Made by a program: the position numbers and the translations under genes. From positions 1 through 32,198 of the IMG/VR virus record IMGVR_UViG_3300027563_000024: 32,198 bases of DNA. One strand, given 5' to 3'. How positions within the stretch are numbered: the stretch's first letter is position 1; each line of letters begins with the position of its first letter. The notes below the pieces were generated by a model, which saw only the letters and a program-made list of their open reading frames with translations, was not told the origin of the DNA and did no database searches. The stretch comes from a virus. Its lineage: Duplodnaviria; Caudoviricetes. Positions 8,830 through 17,920 of the stretch are shown here, piece by piece.

Positions 8830-8837
8830 CATAAATA
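8830..8837 (+). promoter_or_regulatory. Late promoter-like CATAAATA (gp18)
   Basis: Intergenic nATAAATA upstream of GAGG SD and the gp18 ATG. Confidence 0.65.
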
Positions 8838-8879
8838 TTTGTAGATTAAAAATGAACTATTTTTCACGAGGAAAAAAAC

Positions 8880-11021
8880 ATGGCAGGTCAAGTATCACCT
8901 GGAATTGTTCTAAGAGAACGTGATTTAACTGGTCAAACTATTGTTAATGCTCAGGCTAATTCTGCAGCATTAGTAGCAAGTTTTGCCAAAGGACCAGTAG
9001 GAGCAATTGTTAATATTGCTACCGAAAGAGAACTCTTAGAAACATTCGGTGCCCCCACTAATAGTAATTACGAAGATTGGTTTGTTGCTTCAACATATCT
9101 TTCATACGGCGGACAACTTGAAGTTGTAAGAGTAGAAGACACAACACTTAAAAATGCAGTTTCCGATGCATCAGCAGGAAGCACAGACGCAACTAAACTT
9201 TTGGTTGTTAATTCAGGATCATTTGTATCTACTGATTATGTTAAAGTTGATGATGAATATTTCTTAGTAACATTGGTTACTACAGGTGGTGCAAATTCTT
9301 TAACTGTTACCAGAGCACAACTTGGATCAGTTGCTGCCAATCACGCAAGTGGAGCAACTGTTGCTAAGTGGTCTTTTGCTAACTCAGCAACTACAACTGT
9401 AGTTAATGAAACTATTGATGCTACCGAAACAATTATTGATTTAACCAGTGCTACTAGTTTCACGGTTGGTTCATACTTCCGCCTCACAAACGCTGGTTCT
9501 GGATCTAACTCTGCCAACGAAATTGTGAAAATTACTGCTGTTGACAGCAACCAAGTTGTTGTAAGCAGAGCTCAATTAGGCACTACTGCTGCAGCACAAC
9601 CTGGCGCAACCATCACTGCTACACTTCTTACCTTTGCTGTTACAGCGACAACAACTACTCTTTCGGGTGCTTATCCAGTTGTTACTGCTGGCGTAGTTAC
9701 TGCTCCTCTCATTAAATCTTTTGATAGTTACGAAGCAAACTATTCCACATATGCTTGGAAGTTTGCTGCTCGCACTGCTGGTGCTTGGGGGAACTCGCTC
9801 AAGGTTGTAACGATTGATGGTAGCATCTCGTCTAGTGCTTATGATGCAGAAAATCTTTACGGTTCAATTAAGTGGACCACAATAGCTGGAAGTCCAGGTG
9901 CAACTGCTAACGATCTACACGTTGTAGTGCTTGATACTGACAATAATATTTTAGAAACATTCTTATATGTTTCTAAACTATCAACCGCTAAAGATGATCA
10001 AGGTGCTTCAAAATATTATATTGATGTAATTGCCCAGAGATCATCATTCATCTATTCAGGCACAGTTGCTCCTGCCGCTGGAAATTCTACTGTCACATTA
10101 ACTGCTGGTGTTGATTCTTATACCACCAACGTATCAACTATCGCTACTGCTTTTGATCTCTTTGCTGATACAGAAGAATTGGATGTTGATTTTATTCTTG
10201 CTGGCGGAAGTCTATCTGTAGAAGCAGATCAAGTAACCAAAGCACAGAAAGTAATTGATATTGCTGCAACCAGAAAAGATTGTGTTGCTTTTGTTTCTCC
10301 ACACAGTGGATTTGTTAAACTATCTTCACCAACTGCACAAAGAGACGACATTCTCACATTCTTTAATAGTATCGGTAGCAGTTCATATGCTGTACTTGAT
10401 AGCGGTTATAAGTATGTCTATGACAAGTATAACGACACTTATCGTTACATTCCTTGCAATGGAGACGTTGCTGGTCTTTGTGTACAAGTTTCAACAACTG
10501 CTGAAGATTGGATATCTCCTGCTGGATTAAATAGAGGTAACGTTAAGAATGCGGTTAAGCTTGCTTACACTCCTTCAAAGACAGACAGAGACAAACTCTA
10601 CCAAAAAAGAATTAATCCAATTACTTCTTTCCCAGGTCAGGGCGTAGTTCTCTTTGGCGATAAGACAGCTCTTGCTACTCCAAGTGCTTTTGATCGTATT
10701 AACGTTCGTCGGTTGTTCTTAGCTATTGAGAAGAGAATTGGTCAACTTGGTAAGACCGTGTTATTTGAACTTAATGATGCGTCAACTCGCAGTTCTTTTG
10801 CTGGAGCAGCAAATTCATTCCTCTCCGAAGTTCAATCAAAAAGAGGTGTTACTGATTATTTGGTTGTTTGTGACGAAACAAACAACACACCAGATGTCGT
10901 TGACAGAAACGAATTTGTTGCTGAAATTTATGTAAAACCATCTCGCTCAGTTAATTACATCACTATTACTTTTGTTGCTACAAGATCTGGAGTGAGTTTT
11001 TCTGAAGTAACAGGTCGTTAA
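8880..11021 (+). CDS. gp18: Tail sheath protein gp18
   Basis: VSPGIVLRERDLT, RKDCVAFVSP, SPAGLNRG, LFGDKT, SAFDRINVRRLF, YVKPSRSVNYI. Confidence 0.98.
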   Translation: MAGQVSPGIVLRERDLTGQTIVNAQANSAALVASFAKGPVGAIVNIATERELLETFGAPTNSNYEDWFVASTYLSYGGQLEVVRVEDTTLKNAVSDASAGSTDATKLLVVNSGSFVSTDYVKVDDEYFLVTLVTTGGANSLTVTRAQLGSVAANHASGATVAKWSFANSATTTVVNETIDATETIIDLTSATSFTVGSYFRLTNAGSGSNSANEIVKITAVDSNQVVVSRAQLGTTAAAQPGATITATLLTFAVTATTTTLSGAYPVVTAGVVTAPLIKSFDSYEANYSTYAWKFAARTAGAWGNSLKVVTIDGSISSSAYDAENLYGSIKWTTIAGSPGATANDLHVVVLDTDNNILETFLYVSKLSTAKDDQGASKYYIDVIAQRSSFIYSGTVAPAAGNSTVTLTAGVDSYTTNVSTIATAFDLFADTEELDVDFILAGGSLSVEADQVTKAQKVIDIAATRKDCVAFVSPHSGFVKLSSPTAQRDDILTFFNSIGSSSYAVLDSGYKYVYDKYNDTYRYIPCNGDVAGLCVQVSTTAEDWISPAGLNRGNVKNAVKLAYTPSKTDRDKLYQKRINPITSFPGQGVVLFGDKTALATPSAFDRINVRRLFLAIEKRIGQLGKTVLFELNDASTRSSFAGAANSFLSEVQSKRGVTDYLVVCDETNNTPDVVDRNEFVAEIYVKPSRSVNYITITFVATRSGVSFSEVTGR

Positions 11022-11055
11022 TTCATTTTTCAAAATTATCCAAAGGTAAACAACA

Positions 11056-11673
11056 ATGGCAATTACTAGTAGCGTAAGCTCATTTTTAGGAAAGATTAAT
11101 CAGGGTGTGCGCCCTAACCTGTTCTTAGCAACTATCAACTTTCCAGCATCTGCTGGTAGTGTAGATCTACCTACAGGTACAGAAGATAAAGATTTAGTAA
11201 ATATTCTTTGCAAGTCTGCTGCTCTCCCAGCATCAAACTTAGGCGTGATTGAAGTTCCATTTAGAGGAAGAACAGTTAAGATCGCAGGTGATAGAACCTT
11301 TGATACTTGGACTGCTACTTTCATCAATGATAGAAACTTCAAAATTCGTCACGCTATGGAGCGTTGGATGAGATCAATGAATGCTCATGATGCTAACACA
11401 GCAGAACTGTTTGTTCCAAACACAACTGCTGGATATACTGCTGATATTGAAATTGCTCAATTAGAAAGAGATAGTACTGCTGGCGGTACTCCTCTCAGAA
11501 ACTACAAACTCGTTGGATGTTTTCCAACTAACGTTTCTCAAATTGATGTTGCTTACGATAGCAACGATCAGATTGAAGATTTCACAGTTGAGTTCCAACT
11601 TCAGTACTGGACTGTTGTAGCACCAACGGCAGGTGGTTTAGCTACTGGCGCTTCCACTGGAGTAATCGCATAA
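11056..11673 (+). CDS. gp19: Tail tube protein gp19
   Basis: GVRPNLF, CKSAALPASN, VPFRGRTVKIAGDRTFDTW, IEDFTVEFQLQYW. Confidence 0.97.
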   Translation: MAITSSVSSFLGKINQGVRPNLFLATINFPASAGSVDLPTGTEDKDLVNILCKSAALPASNLGVIEVPFRGRTVKIAGDRTFDTWTATFINDRNFKIRHAMERWMRSMNAHDANTAELFVPNTTAGYTADIEIAQLERDSTAGGTPLRNYKLVGCFPTNVSQIDVAYDSNDQIEDFTVEFQLQYWTVVAPTAGGLATGASTGVIA

Positions 11674-11682
11674 TTTTGATTA

Positions 11683-11690
11683 GATAAATA
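11683..11690 (+). promoter_or_regulatory. Late promoter-like GATAAATA (gp20)
   Basis: Intergenic nATAAATA about 27 nt before the gp20 ATG. Confidence 0.6.
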
Positions 11691-11716
11691 CATCAAACAA
11701 GTGAAATAATTTAAAC

Positions 11717-13345
11717 ATGAGTCAACTTTTTGGATTTTCAATTAAAAGTAAGGGGGAGGAAGTAAAGGGTCAATCCCCAATTCCTCCTTCAGCTGATGAT
11801 GCGGTAACAACTGTTGCAGGTGGTTATTTTGGTTCTTATGTAGATATAGACGGCATAGCGCGTAATGAGTTTGATCTCATTAGGCGCTATCGTGATATGG
11901 CGATGCATCCAGAAGTTGATTCTGCTATTGATGAAATTGTGAACGAATCAATTAATGCTGGGATGAACGACACTCCAGTATCAATTGAACTCTCAAATTT
12001 GGAAGTTAGTGAAGCTATTAAGAAAAAAATCAGAGAAGAATTTCAATACCTTTTACGTCTTTTACATTTTGATACTAGAGCACACGAAATTTTTAGAACT
12101 TGGTATATTGATGGTAGGTTATATTACCACAAAGTTATTGATCTTGCAAATCCTAAGTTAGGTATTACTGAACTCAGATACATAGACCCATTAAAAATTA
12201 AGAAGGTCAGAGTTCAAAACAAAGATCCCAAGTTAGCAGCAGCATTATCGGCAAGCACTGCAAATGCTTCTACTGCTTACGCTTATGATTTTGGAGAGTA
12301 CATTGAATACTACATGTACAATCCAAAAGGATTTATTAGTTCAACATTTGATGCCAACATGGCTACCAGTGGTGTCAAAATATCTAATGACGCCATCAGT
12401 TATATTCAATCTGGTATAGCAGACCTCAATAAAAAGATGGTCCTGAGTTTTCTACACAAGGCAATCAAATCACTCAATCAAATTAGAATGATTGAGGATG
12501 CACTGGTTATCTATCGTTTGTCACGAGCACCAGAAAGAAGAATTTTTTATATTGATGTAGGCAATCTTCCCAAAGTAAAAGCGGAGCAATATCTACGCGA
12601 AACAATGGCGCGTTACAGAAACAAACTAGTCTATGATGCTGCCACTGGAGAAATTCGTGATGACAAAAAGCATATGAGTATGCTTGAAGATTTCTGGTTG
12701 CCACGTAGAGAAGGTGGTCGTGGTACAGAAATCACCACTCTTCCTGGTGGTCAAAACCTTGGAGAACTTAAAGACGTTGAGTATTTTAAAAAGAAACTTT
12801 ATAATTCTTTAAACCTTCCACCTTCACGTTTGGATGATGCTAACCAAGGATTTTCACTTGGTCGGTCATCAGAAATTTTGCGTGATGAACTCAAGTTTGC
12901 TAAGTGGATTGGAAGACTTCGCAAGAAGTTCTCAGCACTATTCCACGATATGCTCAAAACTCAACTCATTCTAAAGGGCGTTATTGCTCCAGAAGATTGG
13001 GAAGATATGCAAGAGCATATTCAATACGACTATCATTTTGATAATCACTTTGAAGAACTTAAGCAAGCAGAACTTATGGGTAATCGCCTACAAGTTGCTA
13101 CTCAATTAGATCCTTTCTTAGGCAAATATTATTCAATTGAATATGTCAGAAAGCAAGTATTGATGCAGACTGATAATGAGTATGATGAGATCACTAGACA
13201 AATGGATGCTGAAATTTCTGATGGCAAAATTCCAGATCCTATTCATACTAATCTAATGAATGCAGCTAGTTTGGAAGTAGGAGCAATGCCTCCTCCACCA
13301 CCAGCACCAGCGGCTACACCAAAGCCAAAAACATCAGAAAAATAA
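11717..13345 (+). CDS. gp20: Portal protein gp20
   Basis: IYRLSRAPERRIFYIDVGNLPK, MLEDFWLPRREGGRGTEITTLPGGQNLG, EILRDELKF. Confidence 0.98.
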   Translation: MSQLFGFSIKSKGEEVKGQSPIPPSADDAVTTVAGGYFGSYVDIDGIARNEFDLIRRYRDMAMHPEVDSAIDEIVNESINAGMNDTPVSIELSNLEVSEAIKKKIREEFQYLLRLLHFDTRAHEIFRTWYIDGRLYYHKVIDLANPKLGITELRYIDPLKIKKVRVQNKDPKLAAALSASTANASTAYAYDFGEYIEYYMYNPKGFISSTFDANMATSGVKISNDAISYIQSGIADLNKKMVLSFLHKAIKSLNQIRMIEDALVIYRLSRAPERRIFYIDVGNLPKVKAEQYLRETMARYRNKLVYDAATGEIRDDKKHMSMLEDFWLPRREGGRGTEITTLPGGQNLGELKDVEYFKKKLYNSLNLPPSRLDDANQGFSLGRSSEILRDELKFAKWIGRLRKKFSALFHDMLKTQLILKGVIAPEDWEDMQEHIQYDYHFDNHFEELKQAELMGNRLQVATQLDPFLGKYYSIEYVRKQVLMQTDNEYDEITRQMDAEISDGKIPDPIHTNLMNAASLEVGAMPPPPPAPAATPKPKTSEK

Positions 13346-13348
13346 ATA
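13341..13348 (+). promoter_or_regulatory. Late promoter-like AATAAATA
   Basis: Overlaps the gp20 stop, 20 nt upstream of the next ATG. Confidence 0.55.
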
Positions 13349-13368
13349 GTTAATTATAGGTAAATTAC

Positions 13369-13563
13369 ATGGACACTATTGAAATAGTAAACGCTGTGCG
13401 TGACGGTCATCGTCTTGCTGCGGTAGACAAAATTGCCGATATCCTATACGGAAAAGCATCGGAAGCTATGGGTGACTATAAACAAATTGTTGCTAGGTCA
13501 TTCTTTGATTCTACTGAAGAAGATGTGGAGTTTGAATCACCAGAAGAGGAAACAGAAGAATGA
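13369..13563 (+). CDS. Small acidic protein at the gp67/gp68 (prohead core) position
   Basis: 64 aa between gp20 and gp21 with an acidic tail. Function inferred from synteny only. Confidence 0.7.
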   Translation: MDTIEIVNAVRDGHRLAAVDKIADILYGKASEAMGDYKQIVARSFFDSTEEDVEFESPEEETEE

Positions 13564-14204
13564 AACTAATCACCGAGAACATTGAGGAAGTACAAGTCCT
13601 TGAAGAAGAAACAAACGGTAAAAAAAATCTTTACATTGAGGGAGTTTTCCTTCAAGGAGATATCAAAAACCGTAACGGAAGAGTATATCCTTTTGGCGTT
13701 TTAGAACGTGAAGTGGGTAGATACAACGAACAGTACGTAACTATTGGTCGTGCTCTCGGTGAGTTAGGTCATCCTGATGGTCCTACTGTTAACCTAGATA
13801 GAGTGTCACATAAAATTGTTTCGCTTAAAGCTGAAGGAAGTAATTTCATCGGCAAAGCACAAATTTTATCAACACCTATGGGAAAAATTGCGGAATCACT
13901 TCTCAAAGAAGGAGTAAAACTTGGAGTATCTTCAAGAGGTATGGGATCTATTGAAGAAAGAAACGGAGCAAACTATGTTCGTGACGATTTTATGCTCGCA
14001 ACTGCTGCCGATATTGTAGCAGATCCATCAGCACCTGACGCATTTGTGAATGGTATTATGGAAGGAAAAGAGTGGATCTGGGAGAATGGTATTATAAAAG
14101 AAGTAAATCTTGCTAAATACCACAGATATATTTCTGAATCTACCAGAAAAAATTTGGAAGAAAGATCGTTAACCGTATTTAACAATTTTTTACAGAATTT
14201 ATAA
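13560..14204 (+). CDS. gp21: Prohead protease gp21
   Basis: MKLITE, LYIEGVFLQ, NRNGRVY, ALGELGHP, GVSSRGMGS, DIVADPSAPDAFV. Confidence 0.98.
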   Translation: MKLITENIEEVQVLEEETNGKKNLYIEGVFLQGDIKNRNGRVYPFGVLEREVGRYNEQYVTIGRALGELGHPDGPTVNLDRVSHKIVSLKAEGSNFIGKAQILSTPMGKIAESLLKEGVKLGVSSRGMGSIEERNGANYVRDDFMLATAADIVADPSAPDAFVNGIMEGKEWIWENGIIKEVNLAKYHRYISESTRKNLEERSLTVFNNFLQNL

Positions 14205-14207
14205 TAT

Positions 14208-14215
14208 CATAAATA
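14208..14215 (+). promoter_or_regulatory. Late promoter-like CATAAATA (gp22)
   Basis: Intergenic nATAAATA upstream of GAGG SD. Confidence 0.65.
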
Positions 14216-14258
14216 ATCATATAATAACCATATAGTAAGTATTACGAGGGAATCTCAA

Positions 14259-15380
14259 ATGTCAGATAACTTAAACGGAAAGTTTGAGGAGCTTGTAACT
14301 GAGTCAGAAGTTGGCACCAGTGCGCTCTCACCTTCAATCGTTCCTGGTCAATCTTCTGGTAGTCAGTACGTTCAACCAGTTAGTGGTGCCGTAAACGATT
14401 CACAAACCAGAGGTAAAGGACAAGATCCTAGACCAACTTTAGGAACTTCAATTGTTCCTGGACAATCAGAAGAAGATAACGGTGGTTCTGATTTTGAAGA
14501 TCCAGAAGGAGAACAAAATCCTGGTGCTAAAGCTTCAAAGCATAACTCAAAAGTTAGCGATGCTCAAACCAGAGGTAAGGGTCAAGATCCTGCCCCATCT
14601 GTTAAGTCATCTGGATATCAAATTCCTGGTGGTCCAAACAACGTAAAAGTATTTGGTATGGAAGCAATCAACTATTCCGCTGCGGAAGATGTTGCTGCCC
14701 TTACCGAAGGCGAAGAGTTCTCCGAAGATTTTAAAGCGAAAGCAACTACAATCTTTGAAGCTGCCGTCAAGTCACGCATTGAAGAGCAAGTAACTTCAAT
14801 TGCATCACAACTTGAAGAGCAGTTCTCCGTCCAATTCCAAGAAGAGATTGCGTCTCTTGCCAACAAGATTGATGAAACACTCAACTACGCAATCACTACT
14901 TGGGTAGAAGAGAACCAAGTTGCACTTGATGCAGGTCTCAAACTTGAGATTGCAGAAGAGTTCATGGGTGGTCTCAAAAAAGTTTTTGAAGAAAATTACC
15001 TCGATCTCCCAGCGGAGAAAGTCAATGTCGTAGAGACAATGACTGAGGAGCTTTGTGAAATGGAAGGTCGCCTTACCGAACAGGTTGAGCGCAATATTGA
15101 ACTTCATAATAAACTCTCTGGTTATCACAAGCAAGTCATTCTCTCATATATGAGTGAAGGTCTTGTAGATACTCAAAGAGATAAGCTTGCTTCACTTGCC
15201 GAAGGAGTAGAATTTGTTTCCGAAGAAGACTTCAAGAACAAAGTCGCAACTCTCATTAGCAGCTACTTCCCCAAGCATGTAGTAACAGAGCAAGTTTCCG
15301 ATGAAACCACAGTGGAAGGTCAAGAGAATACATCACCAGTAATGGCGGCGTATCTCCAGTCTCTCGCTCGCTGGCAGTAA
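14259..15380 (+). CDS. gp22: Prohead core scaffold protein gp22
   Basis: EDVAAL, FSEDFKAKATTIFEAAV, WVEEN, EEFMGGLKKVFEE, MAAYL; acidic coiled coil between gp21 and gp23. Confidence 0.93.
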   Translation: MSDNLNGKFEELVTESEVGTSALSPSIVPGQSSGSQYVQPVSGAVNDSQTRGKGQDPRPTLGTSIVPGQSEEDNGGSDFEDPEGEQNPGAKASKHNSKVSDAQTRGKGQDPAPSVKSSGYQIPGGPNNVKVFGMEAINYSAAEDVAALTEGEEFSEDFKAKATTIFEAAVKSRIEEQVTSIASQLEEQFSVQFQEEIASLANKIDETLNYAITTWVEENQVALDAGLKLEIAEEFMGGLKKVFEENYLDLPAEKVNVVETMTEELCEMEGRLTEQVERNIELHNKLSGYHKQVILSYMSEGLVDTQRDKLASLAEGVEFVSEEDFKNKVATLISSYFPKHVVTEQVSDETTVEGQENTSPVMAAYLQSLARWQ

Positions 15381-15387
15381 TCATTTC

Positions 15388-15395
15388 TATAAATA
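15388..15395 (+). promoter_or_regulatory. T4-type late promoter TATAAATA (gp23)
   Basis: Exact consensus followed by AAGGAG SD and the gp23 ATG. Confidence 0.8.
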
Positions 15396-15431
15396 ATTAC
15401 AACACCATATACTCAAAGGAGTTTAACGCAA

Positions 15432-16856
15432 ATGTCAGATTCAAGACTTTTGCAGGAAAAGTGGTCACCTGTTCTTAACGCTAATGGCGCTGGTCTTTCC
15501 GAGATCAAAGACCCATATCGTAGAGCAGTTACCGCAACCCTGCTAGAAAACCAGGAACGTGCTATCCGCGAAGAGCACGGTATGCTTAACGAAGTATCAG
15601 TCAACTCCATGGGAGCTGGTACAATCTCGCCTGGTGGTTCTGCTTTAGGTAACAGCAACACCGCTGGTCTCGCTGGTTTCGATCCTATCCTAATCAGCCT
15701 CATTCGTCGTTCAATGCCCAACCTTGTCGCTTATGACATTGCTGGCGTTCAACCAATGAGTGGTCCTACTGGACTTATCTTCGCAATGAGAGCTCGTTAC
15801 GAAAATCAAGGTGGTGCTGAGGCACTTTACTACGAACCAGATGCTGGTTTCTCAGGTGGTTCAGACGCTTCACAAGGTGCCTACAGCGTTCGTAACGCTG
15901 CTGGTTCAGGTGGCGATTCAGAAGGCAATAACCCTGCTGTTCTTAACGACGCTTCACCTGGCACTTATGAGCGTGGAACAACTTCACTAACTCGTGAGAA
16001 TTCAGAAATTCTTGGCGAAGCATCTAATCTCTTCCGTGAGATGAGCTTCAGCATTGAGAAGACTTCGGTTACTGCAAAGACCCGTGCTCTCAAGGCAGAC
16101 TACACTCTAGAACTCGCACAAGACCTCAAGGCTATTCACGGTCTTGATGCTGAGCAGGAACTAGCAAACATTCTCTCCAGCGAAATCCTTGCTGAAATTA
16201 ACAGAGAGATTATTCGTACCGTTTATATTGTTGCCCAAACTGGCGCACAACAAGACGTTGCTACTCCTGGTACTTTTGACCTTGACGTTGATTCCAACGG
16301 TCGTTGGCAGGCAGAAAAGTTCAAAGGTATGCTTTTCCAACTTCAGCGCGATGCTAACGCAATCGGTCAGTTGACACGTAGAGGTAAGGGTAACTTCGTA
16401 ATCTGTTCTTCGGACGTTGCTTCAGCACTTAATCTTGCTGGCGCTCTTGATTACGCTCCTGCTCTCAACACTTCACTCAACGCTGATGACACTGGCAATG
16501 TATTTGCTGGCGTTCTTCAGGGTGGTATCCGTGTTTACATCGATCCATTCGGTGCTCCAATCTACTCACAAGGTCAGTCTGCTAAGCACTACTACGTTAT
16601 GGGTTATAAGGGTACATCACCTTATGATGCTGGTCTCTTCTATTGCCCTTACGTTCCTCTCCAGATGGTTCGTTCGATCAATCCTGACACCTTCCAGCCT
16701 AAGATTGGCTTCAAGACCCGTTACGGCATGGTCAGCAACCCATTCGTTTCAACCACTCATAGCAGCGGCATTGCTGGCGCTACTCCTGATGGTTCAGCTC
16801 TTACTGCTGGTACTAACCAGTATTACAGAAGAGTTAAGGTTATCAACCTCACCTGA
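15432..16856 (+). CDS. gp23: Major capsid protein gp23
   Basis: LQEKWSPVL, LLENQE, FDPILISLIRRSMPNL, GVQPMSGPTGLIFAMR, ELAQDLKAIHGLDAE, YCPYVPLQM, FQPKIGFKTRYG. Confidence 0.99.
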   Translation: MSDSRLLQEKWSPVLNANGAGLSEIKDPYRRAVTATLLENQERAIREEHGMLNEVSVNSMGAGTISPGGSALGNSNTAGLAGFDPILISLIRRSMPNLVAYDIAGVQPMSGPTGLIFAMRARYENQGGAEALYYEPDAGFSGGSDASQGAYSVRNAAGSGGDSEGNNPAVLNDASPGTYERGTTSLTRENSEILGEASNLFREMSFSIEKTSVTAKTRALKADYTLELAQDLKAIHGLDAEQELANILSSEILAEINREIIRTVYIVAQTGAQQDVATPGTFDLDVDSNGRWQAEKFKGMLFQLQRDANAIGQLTRRGKGNFVICSSDVASALNLAGALDYAPALNTSLNADDTGNVFAGVLQGGIRVYIDPFGAPIYSQGQSAKHYYVMGYKGTSPYDAGLFYCPYVPLQMVRSINPDTFQPKIGFKTRYGMVSNPFVSTTHSSGIAGATPDGSALTAGTNQYYRRVKVINLT

Positions 16857-16873
16857 TTTTCAGGTAATCCTTT

Positions 16874-16900
16874 AAGACCCCCAAAAGGGGGTCTTTTTTT
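16874..16900 (+). terminator. Rho-independent terminator after gp23
   Basis: AAGACCCCC-AAAA-GGGGGTCTT followed by TTTTT. Confidence 0.9.
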
Positions 16901-16905
16901 ATGGG

Positions 16906-16913
16906 AATAAATA
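16906..16913 (+). promoter_or_regulatory. Late promoter-like AATAAATA (gp3)
   Basis: Immediately downstream of the terminator, upstream of AGGA SD. Confidence 0.6.
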
Positions 16914-16931
16914 CAAGAAAAGGATTAAATT

Positions 16932-17447
16932 ATGTCAGCTAATTGGATTAAAGATCAACCAACCAACAGAAACTTTTTGGCTCCAGCAGGGTTTAAGATG
17001 GATTTGGATATATTTGCTGGCGTAGATTTCTTTTGTCAACGAGCAAGAGTGCCTGACATTAGCGTAAGCAACGCAGAAATTTCAACAAGATATAGATCAA
17101 TTCCTATTGCTGCTTCTGGTGGAGTTACTTATGGAGATTTGAGACTTAAGTTTATTGTTGATGAAGATATGAAAAATTATCTTACTGTTTGGAAATGGAT
17201 TAATCAAAATAATTTAGCAGAAGAAATGGATACTAATCCAGATCCACAATATTCTGATGGTAGATTGTTAATTTTAAATAGCAATTTTCAACCAAATATT
17301 ATTGTTAATTTTGAAAGTTTATTTCCAATTGACCTGAGCGAATTAGAATTTGATGTTGCAGATACCGACGTAGAATATCTTACGGCAGACGTAACATTTA
17401 AATTTATACGCTATACTTTTAATAACAAAAAAATGGAACGTCTATGA
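16932..17447 (+). CDS. gp3: Tail completion / sheath stabilizer gp3
   Basis: NRNFLAPAGFK, VDFFCQ...P, YGDL.LKFIVDEDMKNY, LFPIDLSELEFD; position after gp23. Confidence 0.88.
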   Translation: MSANWIKDQPTNRNFLAPAGFKMDLDIFAGVDFFCQRARVPDISVSNAEISTRYRSIPIAASGGVTYGDLRLKFIVDEDMKNYLTVWKWINQNNLAEEMDTNPDPQYSDGRLLILNSNFQPNIIVNFESLFPIDLSELEFDVADTDVEYLTADVTFKFIRYTFNNKKMERL

Positions 17448-17920
17448 AATTTGAACATTTGAAAACAATTTTTAATCATGTTAAATCAGAATGGCAAGCA
17501 GACTCACACATAGACTTTCAATTTAAAAACAAACAATACTCAGCAGACCTTGCCCAAGTAGCATTAGACATTCCTTATCAACACAATAAATATTTAAACT
17601 TTTATACAGATTTCTCTACAGAAAAGACAGCACTGGAATTTCAGTATCGTATAAAGTTAAAACAAAAAAGAGAATACTATCAAGGAGAAGCAGACCCAGA
17701 AGTATATAAAGAAAAACCATTTGGTCAATCAATTAAAACATCTGAAAAGATGAAAGTATATTTGGAAGCAGATGAAGATTTAATTAACATTGAAATGAAA
17801 ATTGAATTTATTAACAAAGCACTTTTCTATTTGGATCATATTTTAAAGATGATTTCCAATAGAAGTTTTCAAATCAAAAATGCTATAGATTGGGAAAAAT
17901 TTATTAACGGAAACACCTAA
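17444..17920 (+). CDS. uvsY: Recombination mediator UvsY
   Basis: IPYQHNKYL, EYYQGEADPEVYKEKPF, YLEADED, ISNRSFQIKNAIDW. Confidence 0.93.
   Translation: MKFEHLKTIFNHVKSEWQADSHIDFQFKNKQYSADLAQVALDIPYQHNKYLNFYTDFSTEKTALEFQYRIKLKQKREYYQGEADPEVYKEKPFGQSIKTSEKMKVYLEADEDLINIEMKIEFINKALFYLDHILKMISNRSFQIKNAIDWEKFINGNT

Noticed and set aside
13286-13345. Proline-rich C-terminal tail of portal gp20
   Set aside because: Variable low-complexity tails are common on T4-like portals; no further signal.
16417-16875. 152-aa Leu-rich + strand ORF overlapping gp23 (and similar off-frame ORFs at 10255, 10726, 14452, 16189, 17990, 21067, 24094, 31885)
   Set aside because: Shadow frames produced by strong codon bias of the real genes; no motifs or RBS.
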